Part shown: positions 24,342-34,673 of the stretch, piece after piece
Position numbering within the stretch: the first letter of the stretch is position 1
How the letters are laid out: each line of letters starts with the position of its first letter
From: Bacteroidales bacterium
GTDB taxonomy: Bacteria > Bacteroidota > Bacteroidia > Bacteroidales > 4484-276
Assembly: GCA_046542305.1 (NCBI GenBank)
Contig: JBKHBQ010000002.1
Span: 1 to 46,330, forward strand
Direction: 5' to 3'
DNA: 46,330 nt
Notes under the pieces: generated by a model
The model's input: the letters and a program-made list of their open reading frames with translations, nothing else
Database searches by the model: none
Told to the model about the DNA's origin: nothing
Position numbers and translations under genes: made by a program

Positions 24342-26678
24342 TTATCCGGTAATCAGCAGTTTAATCTGATGATTGTCTCCGCCGGCATGGATGCTAACCA
24401 TATACATGCCTGCCGGTAAAAGTGCCCCGGAGTGGCCTCTGAGGTTCCATCCTATACTGGTTTTTCCTTCGGGTGCCGGTCCCTGATAAGGCACAGCCAC
24501 CAGCCGTCCGCTTAAATCGTGTACCGTAATGCGGCAGTCGGAATTCCGGAAAAGATCTATCGTGAAATTCACGAAGCCGGAACAGGGATTGGGATAAATC
24601 AAAACTCCATCACGGGCTTCTGAAGGCTCCTGAACCGAAGTGATAATGAGGTTGTCGTAGATGCCGAATCCTGCAATACCGTCGGCGAGATAAACATGCG
24701 ACCCCTCCACCGTGGCACCAAGTCCAAAACATCCCGAGCGCTGATAATATCCTTCGATGAAAGGGTTGGCCGGATCAAAGACATTCACCATCTGAACGCC
24801 GCCGAGGATGTAATTGGCAATGTAGGCGTAATTTCCTTCCACATCCACCGAGTAGCCTACATCAGGCAGATACACATAACCCGTACTTTGGGGATTGAAC
24901 GGATCTGACACATCGATCACCTCCAGTCCGCCGCTCTTATCCGAAACATAGGCATACCCCCCCTGCACTTCCAGGTCGTAACCTGCAGATGTCAGGTCAC
25001 GGTAGCGGCTCATTAAGGCCGGATTTTCAGGATCGCTGATGTCGAACACATACAGGCCTTTGGTATCCTCGTCTTCAAAAGGCTGATAATCGATCAGGTA
25101 CAGGTAATCGCCTTCGGTATCCAATGCCTGGACATAGCAAAAATCCACTCCCGGCACCGATCCGCTGTTGGCCCATCCGAATTCGTGCGCAGCCAGCGAG
25201 GGGTTGTCGGGATCAGAAAAATCCACCACCCTGAAGCCGTCCCACCAGCAGGCAATAAAGGCATAATGGCCTTTCAGGTCGAGATCATAGGTCATCACCG
25301 GCGCCGCGTACGTGCCGCGTTTGAACGGATTATGCGGATCGGAGATATCCATGATGTTCACCGGATTGTTTGCCGTCATGCTCTTGGGGATAAATACCAC
25401 CACATCTCCGGAGGCTGCCGCAAGCGCGCCTTCAGTGTCATGAAAGCCGGTTTGTACCGGATGGTATTTATCAGAAACATCGAACACCCTGAAGCCGTTA
25501 CTTCCCGTCAATGCCAGATTCCCCTGAACGAACACCTCGTTTACCGACCACGGCAATTGCATGTTGTGCACCATCTGAAGGTTTGCCGGATCGGAAGCAT
25601 CCAGGATGGTGCAGCCCAGTCCGCCGCCCGTAAATGCCACCAGATCGCCGCCGGCAGCAATGTATCTGGCATAGCTGCTATACGATCCGGTAAGCTGCGG
25701 ATTTGCAGGATCACTCACATCCACCGCCTGCACGCCTCCGCCGGGATTGGTGGTTGAATTGGCCACAAAAGCATGGTTGCCATTCACAGACACCCGGTAT
25801 GGGTATCCTTCGAGTTGCAAATTGCCCAGTAAAGACGGAGACGAAGGATCGTTGACATCATGGATTTTCAGACCAGTAGAAGAGGTTACGTACAGTAATC
25901 CATCATGAACCCAGACACCGTCGGCCGCCCCTCCCACAATTCCGGCGATCTGCAGGTTGGCCGGATCGCTCACATCAACAATCCTGCAACCACCGGTACC
26001 AGCCGCACAGTAAACAAAATTGCCTTCCATGGCCGAATTCCACACCTGTGTGGAACCGGGAATCGGATAATGACCCAGTTGCTGGATATTGTTCATATCT
26101 GAAATATCAAAGGTATACAGGCCGTCAACCACCGTCATCACGTACATGATATCACCCTGTGCAAATACGCCGCCGCGCGGATAGCTGTTGGTGGGGATGC
26201 GTGCCAGCATTGCGGGGTTGCCCATATCTGTAAGATCCCAGATTTCTACACCCGAAAAATAGGCGCCAAGGTATAGCCTTGCAGTTTGCGGATCGTAGTA
26301 GCTGGCATCCACCAGCCCCCGGGCACGTATCACCGATATTTGCTCCGGCGCCGCCGGATCGGAAGCATCGAGCACGATCACACCCGCACCCGATCCCACA
26401 AGAAAAATATCCTCCATGCCGCTGTGCGATATCGAAAGGCTTTGCCCCAGCGGCCAGTTGCCCATAAACGTCATGTTGGATGAGTCATAATCGAGCACAC
26501 GGTAAGCATCGTAGTACCCATGAGCAACCACTTCATGAAAACTGTAAACGGTAAGGTCGGGCGCAGTCACTTCTTGCGTTTGAACCTGCAAACTTCCCGC
26601 AGGGGTAATGTGATGGATTTGTGCCTGTAAAACAAGGATCGCCAGGCTGCCGATTAACGTCAGGTAGAATTTTTTCAT
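24342..26678 (-). CDS. LVIVD-repeat beta-propeller protein with a T9SS C-terminal sorting domain
   Basis: 778 aa with a signal peptide. Units of the form G.....DVSDP.NP recur many times (VDVSDPANLQ, HDVNDPSSPS, VDVSDPANPQ, LDASDPANLQ, FDVSDKYHP, MDISDPHNP, VDFSDPDNPS, FDISDPENPA, IDVSDPFNPQ). The C-terminus is LIYPNPCSGFVNF...AGMYMVSIH....IKLLI. Confidence 0.85.
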   Translation of the reverse strand: MKKFYLTLIGSLAILVLQAQIHHITPAGSLQVQTQEVTAPDLTVYSFHEVVAHGYYDAYRVLDYDSSNMTFMGNWPLGQSLSISHSGMEDIFLVGSGAGVIVLDASDPAAPEQISVIRARGLVDASYYDPQTARLYLGAYFSGVEIWDLTDMGNPAMLARIPTNSYPRGGVFAQGDIMYVMTVVDGLYTFDISDMNNIQQLGHYPIPGSTQVWNSAMEGNFVYCAAGTGGCRIVDVSDPANLQIAGIVGGAADGVWVHDGLLYVTSSTGLKIHDVNDPSSPSLLGNLQLEGYPYRVSVNGNHAFVANSTTNPGGGVQAVDVSDPANPQLTGSYSSYARYIAAGGDLVAFTGGGLGCTILDASDPANLQMVHNMQLPWSVNEVFVQGNLALTGSNGFRVFDVSDKYHPVQTGFHDTEGALAAASGDVVVFIPKSMTANNPVNIMDISDPHNPFKRGTYAAPVMTYDLDLKGHYAFIACWWDGFRVVDFSDPDNPSLAAHEFGWANSGSVPGVDFCYVQALDTEGDYLYLIDYQPFEDEDTKGLYVFDISDPENPALMSRYRDLTSAGYDLEVQGGYAYVSDKSGGLEVIDVSDPFNPQSTGYVYLPDVGYSVDVEGNYAYIANYILGGVQMVNVFDPANPFIEGYYQRSGCFGLGATVEGSHVYLADGIAGFGIYDNLIITSVQEPSEARDGVLIYPNPCSGFVNFTIDLFRNSDCRITVHDLSGRLVAVPYQGPAPEGKTSIGWNLRGHSGALLPAGMYMVSIHAGGDNHQIKLLITG

Positions 26679-26828
26679 AATGTCATTTTTTTAGTTAATG
26701 ATTGATGACTGTAAATGTAAAAAGATTAGCCAAAAATACATGAATCTTATCGAAATTTGACCGATATAAGATGAAATACCTGAAATCAGAAAAATCAATA
26801 ACTTTACCATGCTAAAAATTCCAGAAAC

Positions 26829-27617
26829 ATGAAACAGAAACTCACGATCTATCAGGTAGATGCGTTTACCGATAAAATTTTCCACGGCAATCCGGCCGCC
26901 GTTTGCCCGCTGGAAAAGTGGCTTCCCGACGAAACCATGCAAAACATTGCCCGCGAAAACAACCTTTCCGAAACCGCCTTCTTCGTGCGAAAGAATAACC
27001 GTTTTGAAATCCGCTGGTTTACGCCGGCCGTGGAGGTGGATCTCTGCGGACACGCCACCCTGGCCACGGGCCATGTGCTGTACGAACATCTCGGATACAA
27101 GGAAGATGTGATCTTTCTGAGTAGCAGAAGCGGCGAGCTGCGCGTGGCACGGCGCGACGGCAGGCTGGTGCTCGATTTTCCCGCGGGATTTTATGAGGCT
27201 GTGCCGGTACCGCATATTTTAAAGGAAGCTACCGGCATCAATCCGGTGGAATGCGGAAAGGCCATGGACTTTCTGATGGCTGTGTACGACGATGAAGCCG
27301 TCATCCGAAATATGAAGCCTGATTTTGCATTGCTGAAGCAACTGCCCTACCACGCCGTGATTGTAACAGCCAAAGGCAAGGAGGTGGATTTTGTGTCGCG
27401 CATGTTTGCCCCGGCTATCGGCATCGACGAAGATCCCGTAACCGGCTCCGCGCATTCGGTGCTTACCCCCTACTGGTCGCATCACCTGGGCAAGGTTCAT
27501 CTCAAAGCAAAGCAAATATCGGCGCGCGGCGGCAGCCTGTTTTGCAAGATGTCGGGCGACCGCGTGGAAATCGGCGGAGACGCGGTGACGTATCTGATGG
27601 GGGAAATTTGGTTTTAG
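26829..27617 (+). CDS. PhzF-family isomerase
   Basis: 262 aa starting IYQVDAFTDKIFHGNPAAVC, containing ETAF and LCGHATLA, and with a second half carrying DPVTGSAH. Confidence 0.9.
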   Translation: MKQKLTIYQVDAFTDKIFHGNPAAVCPLEKWLPDETMQNIARENNLSETAFFVRKNNRFEIRWFTPAVEVDLCGHATLATGHVLYEHLGYKEDVIFLSSRSGELRVARRDGRLVLDFPAGFYEAVPVPHILKEATGINPVECGKAMDFLMAVYDDEAVIRNMKPDFALLKQLPYHAVIVTAKGKEVDFVSRMFAPAIGIDEDPVTGSAHSVLTPYWSHHLGKVHLKAKQISARGGSLFCKMSGDRVEIGGDAVTYLMGEIWF

Positions 27618-27805
27618 TGGGGGAAAACTTTATTACGCTAAATTTCTTTTAATCCTAAGTGTTTTTATAATTTATTAATTAAACAGGCTTAGCCGTTGGT
27701 TACCGGTTTTAGGCGGAGGCAATCAAATAATTAAAATCTAACAATTAACTCCTCCCCTGACCGTTATCAAATCCACTGTTAAAATGCAGCGCAAAAGAAA
27801 AATAC

Positions 27806-27813
27806 TATCTTTG
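27806..27813 (+). promoter_or_regulatory. Candidate -7 promoter box (TATCTTTG) upstream of tatA
   Basis: TAnnTTTG match ending 22 nt before the tatA ATG. No clean -33 TTG is present. Confidence 0.35.
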
Positions 27814-27835
27814 CACAACAAAAACACATCTAAAC

Positions 27836-28033
27836 ATGAACGCATTCACCATACTTGCATTCACTTTCGGCCCGATGGAGATCATTATCATCCTGGTGAT
27901 CGTGCTTTTGCTCTTCGGCGGAAAGAAAATCCCGGAACTCATGAGAGGCCTCGGCAAAGGCATCAAGGAGTTTAAGGAAGGCGTGAAAGACGACGACGAA
28001 AAGAAAACCGAGAACAGTAAAGACAAGCAATAA
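27836..28033 (+). CDS. tatA: Twin-arginine translocase subunit TatA/E
   Basis: 65 aa with [37 protein letters not shown], the TatA signature. Confidence 0.9.
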   Translation: MNAFTILAFTFGPMEIIIILVIVLLLFGGKKIPELMRGLGKGIKEFKEGVKDDDEKKTENSKDKQ

Positions 28034-28061
28034 AAAAACCCCGGCAAACTACCGGGGTTTT
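28033..28061. terminator. Bidirectional terminator between tatA and the thioredoxin-like gene
   Basis: aaaaaaacccc gg-caaacta-ccggggtttt. The stem is flanked by an A-run and a T-run between convergent stops. Confidence 0.6.
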
Positions 28062-28080
28062 CAATCATCCGCAAAACCAA

Positions 28081-28428
28081 TCAGTCCTTAAATTTTTCAT
28101 CCAGGATCTTCCTGATCTGTCCTTCATCCTGAATGCTTGATGTGGCAGCCGCCACCTCACCGTTTTTGAAATACACCGTAAAAGGCAACCCCATAAAACC
28201 GCGGCACTCCGGTAATCCTTTGATCACGTGCGCATCCGGGTTATCGAACGACATGTCGTAAAATTCAACGTGCCCGTATTCGCCTTCCAGTTTTTTCATG
28301 CCCTGGTACACCGGAATGCACATCGGGCCCATCCGGCCGCAGCATACCATCACATTCTCCTTGTCCTTTATCAGCTTATCAAACTGATCTTTCGATGTGA
28401 TATGCTTTAGATTTGTTTGCAATACCAT
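28081..28428 (-). CDS. Thioredoxin-fold protein with an atypical active-site region
   Basis: Thioredoxin-like layout (F..L.......VMV....GPMC......). The WCGPC position reads CCGRMGPMC. I prefer the internal start MVLQTNLKH (28428) over the ORF-track start at 28476. Confidence 0.7.
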   Translation of the reverse strand: MVLQTNLKHITSKDQFDKLIKDKENVMVCCGRMGPMCIPVYQGMKKLEGEYGHVEFYDMSFDNPDAHVIKGLPECRGFMGLPFTVYFKNGEVAAATSSIQDEGQIRKILDEKFKD

Positions 28429-28665
28429 AATCTGACAATATTTGTTAAATGAATCATTTCCTGCAAAGATATTCATTTTTTTGAATTGGTGATATTAAAG
28501 CGATTTATTTAAAAAATTATTCACAATCCACCGGATGAAGATTTTCTACTGAACCTGCCTACTGCCGACCCGCCTCCGCTGCGCTTCGTCGAGGCAAGCT
28601 GCCTACTGCCTTCACATAAACAGAAAAACCCTAATTTCGCTGTTTCAAAACCAAAATCACCGGCT

Positions 28666-30615
28666 ATGCTTCGCACAACTATTTTATTGTCCTTTTTCCT
28701 TCTGGCAGGAATACATACCGCCAAATCCGAAAACTTCGAAGTAGCTTCACCCGATGGGAAGATCCGTGTGGAAATCACCGCGGAAGAGCAAATCCGCTAC
28801 AGCGTTTTTTTCAATGAGACTGAGATCATCCGTTCATCCGTCATTTCGATGGAGTTGGAAGAAGAAACCCTCGGCGAAAATCCCCGCGTTAGAAAAAGCG
28901 CCGTGCGTGAGATCAAAGAAAAGATCACCCCGGTGGTGAAAGAAAAAAGGGCGCTGGTGCGCAATCACTGCAACGAACTCCGGATAGATTTCAGGGGCAA
29001 ATACAGCCTGCTGTTCCGTGCATATAACGATGGCATTGCCTGGCGCTGGATTACCGACCGGAAAGGCGAAATGCTGATTATCGATGAAACTGCAGGTTTT
29101 CATCTTGCCGAAAATGATTCCGTCTGGTTTCCGGAGGAAGAAAGTTTCCTTACCCACTCGGAGCGCAAGTACCTGTTCCTGGCCGTAAAGGATATTACCT
29201 CAGAACGAATGAGCTGCATGCCCGCGCTGATCTGCCGACCCGACGGCATCCGCATCGCCGTAACCGAAGCCGCACTTTTCGATTATCCCGGCATGTACAT
29301 CACGGGCACTGATGGCCATGAACCTGAATTTACGAGCACATTTCCGCCTTATCCCCTGAAGGAAAAACAAACCCGCGACCGCACCGTGGTGGTGGAAGAG
29401 GCTGCAGAATATATCGCCAAAACCATAGGACCGCGTGAGTTTCCCTGGCGCGTCCTGATAATTGCCGACCGCGACGGCGCACTCATCGAAAGCGACATGG
29501 TGTACCGCCTGGGCAGACCTTCGGAGCTGATCGATTTCTTCTGGATCGAACCCGGAAAAGTGGCCTGGGACTGGTGGAACGCGTTGAATGTGTATGGCGT
29601 GGATTTCGAATCAGGTGTAAACACCGAAACCTATAAATACTTTATCGATTTTGCCGCCGATTATGGTTTTCCTTACATCATCCTCGACGAAGGGTGGTCT
29701 GACACCGAAGACCTGTTTGATATCAATCCTGATATCGACCTTGAGGAACTGCTTCGCTATGCCGAAAGCAAGGATGTGGGCATCATCCTCTGGGTGGTAT
29801 GGCTCACCCTCGACCGGCAGCTCGAAGCCGCCCTCGATCAGTTTGAAGCCTGGGGCGTGAAAGGCATCAAGGTTGATTTTATGCAGCGCGACGATCAGCT
29901 CATGGTGAACTATTACGGAAAAATTGCCCGCGAGGCCGCCAGGCGCCGCTTGCTGGTGAACTTCCACGGATCGTACAAGCCCACGGGTTTGCGCCGCACC
30001 TGGCCCAATGTGCTCACCCGCGAGGGCGTACTCGGAGCAGAGCACAACAAGTGGTCGGAAAATGTAACGCCCGACCACAACCTTACCCTGCCCTTCACCC
30101 GCATGCTGGCCGGGCCGATGGATTACACGCCCGGAGCCATGATCAACTGCACCGAAGAGCAGTTTAAATCCGTATGGAACCGCCCCATGAGCATGGGCAC
30201 ACGCTGCCACCAACTGGCCATGTATGTGGTGTACGAAAGTCCGCTGCAAATGCTCGCCGACAGTCCGTCGAATTATGATGCCGAAGACGTGTCCATGGAA
30301 TTTCTCAGCCGGGTGCCCGTAACCTGGGACGAAACCATGGTGCCCGAAGCCGCCGTGGGCGATTACGTGGTGGTAGTCCGAAAAAAAGACGACAAATGGT
30401 ACGTTGGCGCCATGACCGGTTGGATGCCGCGAAAATTTAAGCTGCATCTTGATTTTCTTGAAGGAGGCATAAAAAAAATGACCATCTGGAAAGACGGCAT
30501 GAATGCGGACAAAAATCCCGTGGATGTGAAAAAGGAAAGCAGGATGGTCACCCGCGGAGATACGGTGGAGATCAGCCTTGCACCGGGCGGCGGCTGGGTG
30601 GCCATTATTGAATGA
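28666..30615 (+). CDS. Glycoside hydrolase family 97 (alpha-glucosidase/alpha-galactosidase type)
   Basis: 649 aa with a signal peptide, then FEVASPDGKIRVEI...YSVFFNE at the N-terminus. The catalytic-barrel motifs ILDEGW and GVKGIKVDFMQRDDQ are characteristic of GH97. Confidence 0.85.
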   Translation: MLRTTILLSFFLLAGIHTAKSENFEVASPDGKIRVEITAEEQIRYSVFFNETEIIRSSVISMELEEETLGENPRVRKSAVREIKEKITPVVKEKRALVRNHCNELRIDFRGKYSLLFRAYNDGIAWRWITDRKGEMLIIDETAGFHLAENDSVWFPEEESFLTHSERKYLFLAVKDITSERMSCMPALICRPDGIRIAVTEAALFDYPGMYITGTDGHEPEFTSTFPPYPLKEKQTRDRTVVVEEAAEYIAKTIGPREFPWRVLIIADRDGALIESDMVYRLGRPSELIDFFWIEPGKVAWDWWNALNVYGVDFESGVNTETYKYFIDFAADYGFPYIILDEGWSDTEDLFDINPDIDLEELLRYAESKDVGIILWVVWLTLDRQLEAALDQFEAWGVKGIKVDFMQRDDQLMVNYYGKIAREAARRRLLVNFHGSYKPTGLRRTWPNVLTREGVLGAEHNKWSENVTPDHNLTLPFTRMLAGPMDYTPGAMINCTEEQFKSVWNRPMSMGTRCHQLAMYVVYESPLQMLADSPSNYDAEDVSMEFLSRVPVTWDETMVPEAAVGDYVVVVRKKDDKWYVGAMTGWMPRKFKLHLDFLEGGIKKMTIWKDGMNADKNPVDVKKESRMVTRGDTVEISLAPGGGWVAIIE

Positions 30616-31390
30616 TCCGCTTGAGCAGCCTCATTTTGTGGGTGTATTTCTTCAGTTGCCGGTTGAAGATGCCCTGATGGTCCAGTGCATCCTCGCGCAC
30701 CTGGCCGCTGGCGTGAATAATGGTGCCTTCGCCTGAAATGATTCCCACATGGGTGATCAATCCTTCTTCATTGTCGAAAAAAGCCAGGTCGCCGGGGATG
30801 GCTTCGTGCATCAGGCTGAGGGTTTCGCCCTGCTGTGCCTGATACGAGGCATCGCGCTGCATCAAAATACCGTGCACTTTGAAGACCACCTGCACCAGCC
30901 CTGAGCAGTCGATCCCGAACAAAGAACGTCCGCCCCAGAGGTAAGGAGCGTTGAGGAAGTTTCGCGCAAAAGCCACCAGTTTACCGCGATCGGCATTTTC
31001 GGCCGGCGAAGATAACGATGCTTCGCAGGAAAAATGAAGGTTTCCCAAACGAAAATGTCCCTCATTAAACCCACGCATGCTGCTTCCCGGCAACAGGTGA
31101 AGATGGAGGCCGGTTATTTCATCCTTTACTGCCGTGATCAGTCGATCGGAGAACCTGTCGGCGTGTGCGTAATGGCTTTTGAAATCTTCCGTGCCGATGG
31201 CTGCAAATTGCTTCTCACCGATAAATCCCTCGTACTTATCCAGCGTGCCGCGGATCAGTTTCCAGCCCCTGAAGGCATCGGTGATTTCGAATGTTTCGCC
31301 AAACAAAAGCTGGTTCACCATCTCTGAACGCTCCGATGCTTCGGCCCTAACAGGCACCACCGGCAAATGACATATTCCGTAAGCTTCCAT
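30605..31390 (-). CDS. NlpC/P60 (C40) peptidase with N-terminal SH3-like domains
   Basis: 261 aa with the catalytic Cys in GIDCSGLV and the His in ITHVGIISG. The N-terminal half resembles bacterial SH3 repeats. Confidence 0.85.
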   Translation of the reverse strand: MEAYGICHLPVVPVRAEASERSEMVNQLLFGETFEITDAFRGWKLIRGTLDKYEGFIGEKQFAAIGTEDFKSHYAHADRFSDRLITAVKDEITGLHLHLLPGSSMRGFNEGHFRLGNLHFSCEASLSSPAENADRGKLVAFARNFLNAPYLWGGRSLFGIDCSGLVQVVFKVHGILMQRDASYQAQQGETLSLMHEAIPGDLAFFDNEEGLITHVGIISGEGTIIHASGQVREDALDHQGIFNRQLKKYTHKMRLLKRIIQ

Positions 31391-31488
31391 AAAAATTTTT
31401 TCGCAATGTTAACAAATCCCTGCAAACAAGAGTTAATAAATTGGGTAAAATAAAATTTTATACTTTAGCAACAAATTGAAATGAGCGG

Positions 31489-33561
31489 ATGGGACGAGTT
31501 TCGAAGTTTTTCAGACAGCATTATTCCAAATTTTACAAGGGCATTTTATTCCTGGTCAGTTTGCTGATCCTGGTATCATTTTTCCCCAAGGAAGCCACCT
31601 TTAAATATGAATACACCCGTGGCCGGCCCTGGATGCACGACGACCTGATTGCACCTTTCGATTTTGCCATCCTGAAAGCGCCCGAAGATATCGAGGATGA
31701 ACGCGCTGAGATCTACAACAACATGGAGTTGTATTTCGAATTCGACATTGGCATCAACGAAGAAAAACGCAGGGAATTTATCGAAGATTTCAACCTGATC
31801 TGGGATGTCAAGTACGGCGAAAACCCGGAAAATGATTACCTGCGGCAAATCACCCTCGACCGCGGCCTGAAAATCCTTTCGGCAATAATTACCCGCGGGG
31901 TGATCCAGCCCATCTCTGAAATCGAAAACAAGCCGCCGGACTACCGCATCACACTCATCATCCAGAACATTGCCGAGGAAGCCCGGCTGGGCGATCTGTA
32001 CACTATTCATTCGGCCTATGAAAAGATCAACGAAATGCTGGCGCAGTCGGAGAACGTCGATCGAGAGGTACTGAAAACATTGCTCGAGGATGCCATTACG
32101 CAGAATGTATTTTTTAACGACCGGGTGACCAACGCCGAACTGCAAAAACAACTCGACCAAATCTCCACCTCACGTGGCATGGTGCAGGAAGGCGAACGCA
32201 TTATTTCGCGCGGGGAGGTGATCAGCAAAAACAAGTACCAGATCCTGGAATCGCTGCGCATGGAATACGAAACCCGGCTGGGCGGCCAGATGAACTACTA
32301 TATGATCCTGACCGGGCAGGTGCTGCTGGTGGCCATTTCGCTCACGGTGCTGGTGTTTTTCCTTCACTTTTTCAGAAAGGATGTTCTGGAAGACAACAAA
32401 AAGGTGGTGCTGATCCTGCTCATCATCATCCTGATGGTTTTCATTACCAGCCTTGCGCTGAAATTCGGTGACGAATACATTTACCTGGTACCGCTCTGCA
32501 TCGCGCCCATCCTGATCCGCGTATTCTTCGACACCCGGCTGGCACTGTATGCCTACCTGATTACCATCATCCTTATCGGTTTTCTGGTGCCCAACAGCTT
32601 CCAGTTTGTGTTTATGCAGCTTATAGCCGGCATCATCACCATTTTCAGCATTGTAAACCTGCAGAAGCGGGCGCAGTTTTTCTTCACCTCCGTAGTGATC
32701 TTTCTTTCCTATGCAGCCATTTACACAGGCCTGAACCTGATCCAGGAGGGTAGCTTCGAGGCCATCAAACCGATGAATTATGCCATGTTTGCCGGTTCGG
32801 CACTGCTGATCCTTTTTGCCTATCCGCTGATTTATCTGTTTGAAAAAATATTCGGCCTGGTGACGGATGTAACGCTGCTCGAGCTTTCGGACACCAACAG
32901 CCCGCTGCTGCGCGAACTGTCGATGAAGGCACCCGGCACTTTTCAGCATTCGTTGCAGGTGGCCAACCTGGCCGAGGAATCCATTTTTGAAATCGGCGGC
33001 GATGTCCTGCTCACCCGCACCGGCGCACTCTATCATGACATCGGGAAAATGAACCAGCCCCTGCATTTTGTGGAAAACCAGGTGACCGGCGTCAATCCGC
33101 ACGATGAACTGACCTACGAGGAAAGCGCCCGCATCATCATTAATCACGTGATCAACGGCATCGAGAAAGCCAAAAAAGCCAAACTGCCCGAGCAGATCAT
33201 CGACTTTATCCGCACCCATCACGGCACGCGCAAGGTGGATTATTTCTATATCTTGCAAAAAAAGGAAAACCCCGAAGAACCCGTGGATGAAAAGCGGTTT
33301 ACCTATCCCGGCCCCATCCCCTTCTCGAAAGAAACCTCGGTGGTGATGATGGCCGATTCGGTGGAAGCCGCTTCACGTAGCCTCAAGGTGATCGACGAAC
33401 AAACCATCAACGACCTCGTGGAAAACATCATCAACAAACAGGTGGATACAGGGCAGTTTATCAACTCGGACATCACCCTGCGCGACATCACCAAAATTAA
33501 GAAGATCCTGAAGAAAAAGCTGATGAACATTTATCATATCAGGATTGAGTATCCGTCGTAG
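31489..33561 (+). CDS. 7TM-HD (HDIG) membrane phosphohydrolase, PgpH-like
   Basis: 690 aa with an extracellular N-terminal domain, seven hydrophobic helices (aa ~270-470) and an HD domain (GTFQHSLQVANLAE...ALYHDIGK...HHG). Confidence 0.85.
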   Translation: MGRVSKFFRQHYSKFYKGILFLVSLLILVSFFPKEATFKYEYTRGRPWMHDDLIAPFDFAILKAPEDIEDERAEIYNNMELYFEFDIGINEEKRREFIEDFNLIWDVKYGENPENDYLRQITLDRGLKILSAIITRGVIQPISEIENKPPDYRITLIIQNIAEEARLGDLYTIHSAYEKINEMLAQSENVDREVLKTLLEDAITQNVFFNDRVTNAELQKQLDQISTSRGMVQEGERIISRGEVISKNKYQILESLRMEYETRLGGQMNYYMILTGQVLLVAISLTVLVFFLHFFRKDVLEDNKKVVLILLIIILMVFITSLALKFGDEYIYLVPLCIAPILIRVFFDTRLALYAYLITIILIGFLVPNSFQFVFMQLIAGIITIFSIVNLQKRAQFFFTSVVIFLSYAAIYTGLNLIQEGSFEAIKPMNYAMFAGSALLILFAYPLIYLFEKIFGLVTDVTLLELSDTNSPLLRELSMKAPGTFQHSLQVANLAEESIFEIGGDVLLTRTGALYHDIGKMNQPLHFVENQVTGVNPHDELTYEESARIIINHVINGIEKAKKAKLPEQIIDFIRTHHGTRKVDYFYILQKKENPEEPVDEKRFTYPGPIPFSKETSVVMMADSVEAASRSLKVIDEQTINDLVENIINKQVDTGQFINSDITLRDITKIKKILKKKLMNIYHIRIEYPS

Positions 33562-33659
33562 AAATTACCTGAAGGTGAAAAATCCGTTAGCCAAAGCTCA
33601 GAAACACCCACAAAAAATCTCAGGTATTGCAGACCGGTTTTAGGGCGAAGTAAAAATTA

Positions 33660-34499
33660 TTATCCCTTTGGATACACACCCGCTGCAACCCCGATGCTGA
33701 TTTCATACAAAATTAGCAAGGGAATACTCACCAAAATCTGGCTGATGACATCCGGCGGGGTGATGATAGCTGCCAGGATAACTACCACCACGATCATGAT
33801 AGGCCGCTGCTTTCGCAATGTTTTGGGACTGACAGTGCCGTATTTTGCCAGAAAGAAAATGAATACCGGCAATTCGAAAACCACGCCCACGCCCAGCACC
33901 AGGGTGGCAATGGTACCGATATACGAACCAAGTGTTACATGGTTCTGCACATCACCGCTCACATGATAGGTGCCGAGGAAATTTACGGTTAACGGCACGA
34001 TGAGAAAATAGCTGAACAGTATACCAAAAACGAATAGAATGGTTCCCGAGATCATGGTTGCGATGGTCGTACGGCGGCTTTTGATTTTTAGCACGTACGC
34101 CAGATAGCTCCAGGTTTCGAAAATAATATACGGGAAGGCCACCACTATTCCGGCAATCACCGACACATAGAGGTGCGTTAAAAACTGCCCGGCCATGCTG
34201 TAATTCACGATTTTGAGCGCTTCGGCATTAAAGCACAGTTCCCCGATATCGAATCGCTCGCCGAGATAGCACAGCCACACATTGGTCAGGAAATCGGCAG
34301 ATTTTGGGGCCAGCAGGATGGTATCGAAGATCAGGTGCCGGTTCAGAAATGCCACCACAGCCAGTGCCAGCGCCACCACCAATGCACGCACCAGGTGCCC
34401 CCGCAGTTTCTGCAGATGCTCCAGCACATTGCGCTTTTTGGGCGGTGCAGTCGGCGGCAGTTTTTTCGGCCTTTTCTTTGTCGACAGTACTTCCGGCAT
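33660..34499 (-). CDS. tatC: Twin-arginine translocase subunit TatC
   Basis: Six-TM protein with L.HL.ELR..L and a typical TatC topology. I chose the start MPEVLSTKKR (34499). The ORF-track start at 34574 adds 25 improbable residues. Confidence 0.85.
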   Translation of the reverse strand: MPEVLSTKKRPKKLPPTAPPKKRNVLEHLQKLRGHLVRALVVALALAVVAFLNRHLIFDTILLAPKSADFLTNVWLCYLGERFDIGELCFNAEALKIVNYSMAGQFLTHLYVSVIAGIVVAFPYIIFETWSYLAYVLKIKSRRTTIATMISGTILFVFGILFSYFLIVPLTVNFLGTYHVSGDVQNHVTLGSYIGTIATLVLGVGVVFELPVFIFFLAKYGTVSPKTLRKQRPIMIVVVVILAAIITPPDVISQILVSIPLLILYEISIGVAAGVYPKG

Positions 34500-34673
34500 C
34501 CGTATGCTTTTAGTGATCAGGCGCCAAAAGTACAAAATCATTCGATTGTGCTCCGGATTGGCAGATTTCAACACAATGAAAAGTCAGGATTTGTTGCAGG
34601 TCATATTTCCCATGAAAAAAATAAAAATCCCTTGCAGCCGTTATCAAATCTAACATTCATAAACTTACAGCAT

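Noticed and set aside
27836-34499. tatA and tatC as an unusual split Tat system.
   Set aside because: Separate tatA and tatC loci are common in Bacteroidota and other phyla, so this is not noteworthy by itself.
34335-34673. Upstream part of the 373-aa ORF containing the PorT-like protein.
   Set aside because: It overlaps tatC on the opposite strand. It translates to a Q/H/C/R-rich sequence that does not look like protein, and a proper signal peptide begins at 34674 or 34710.
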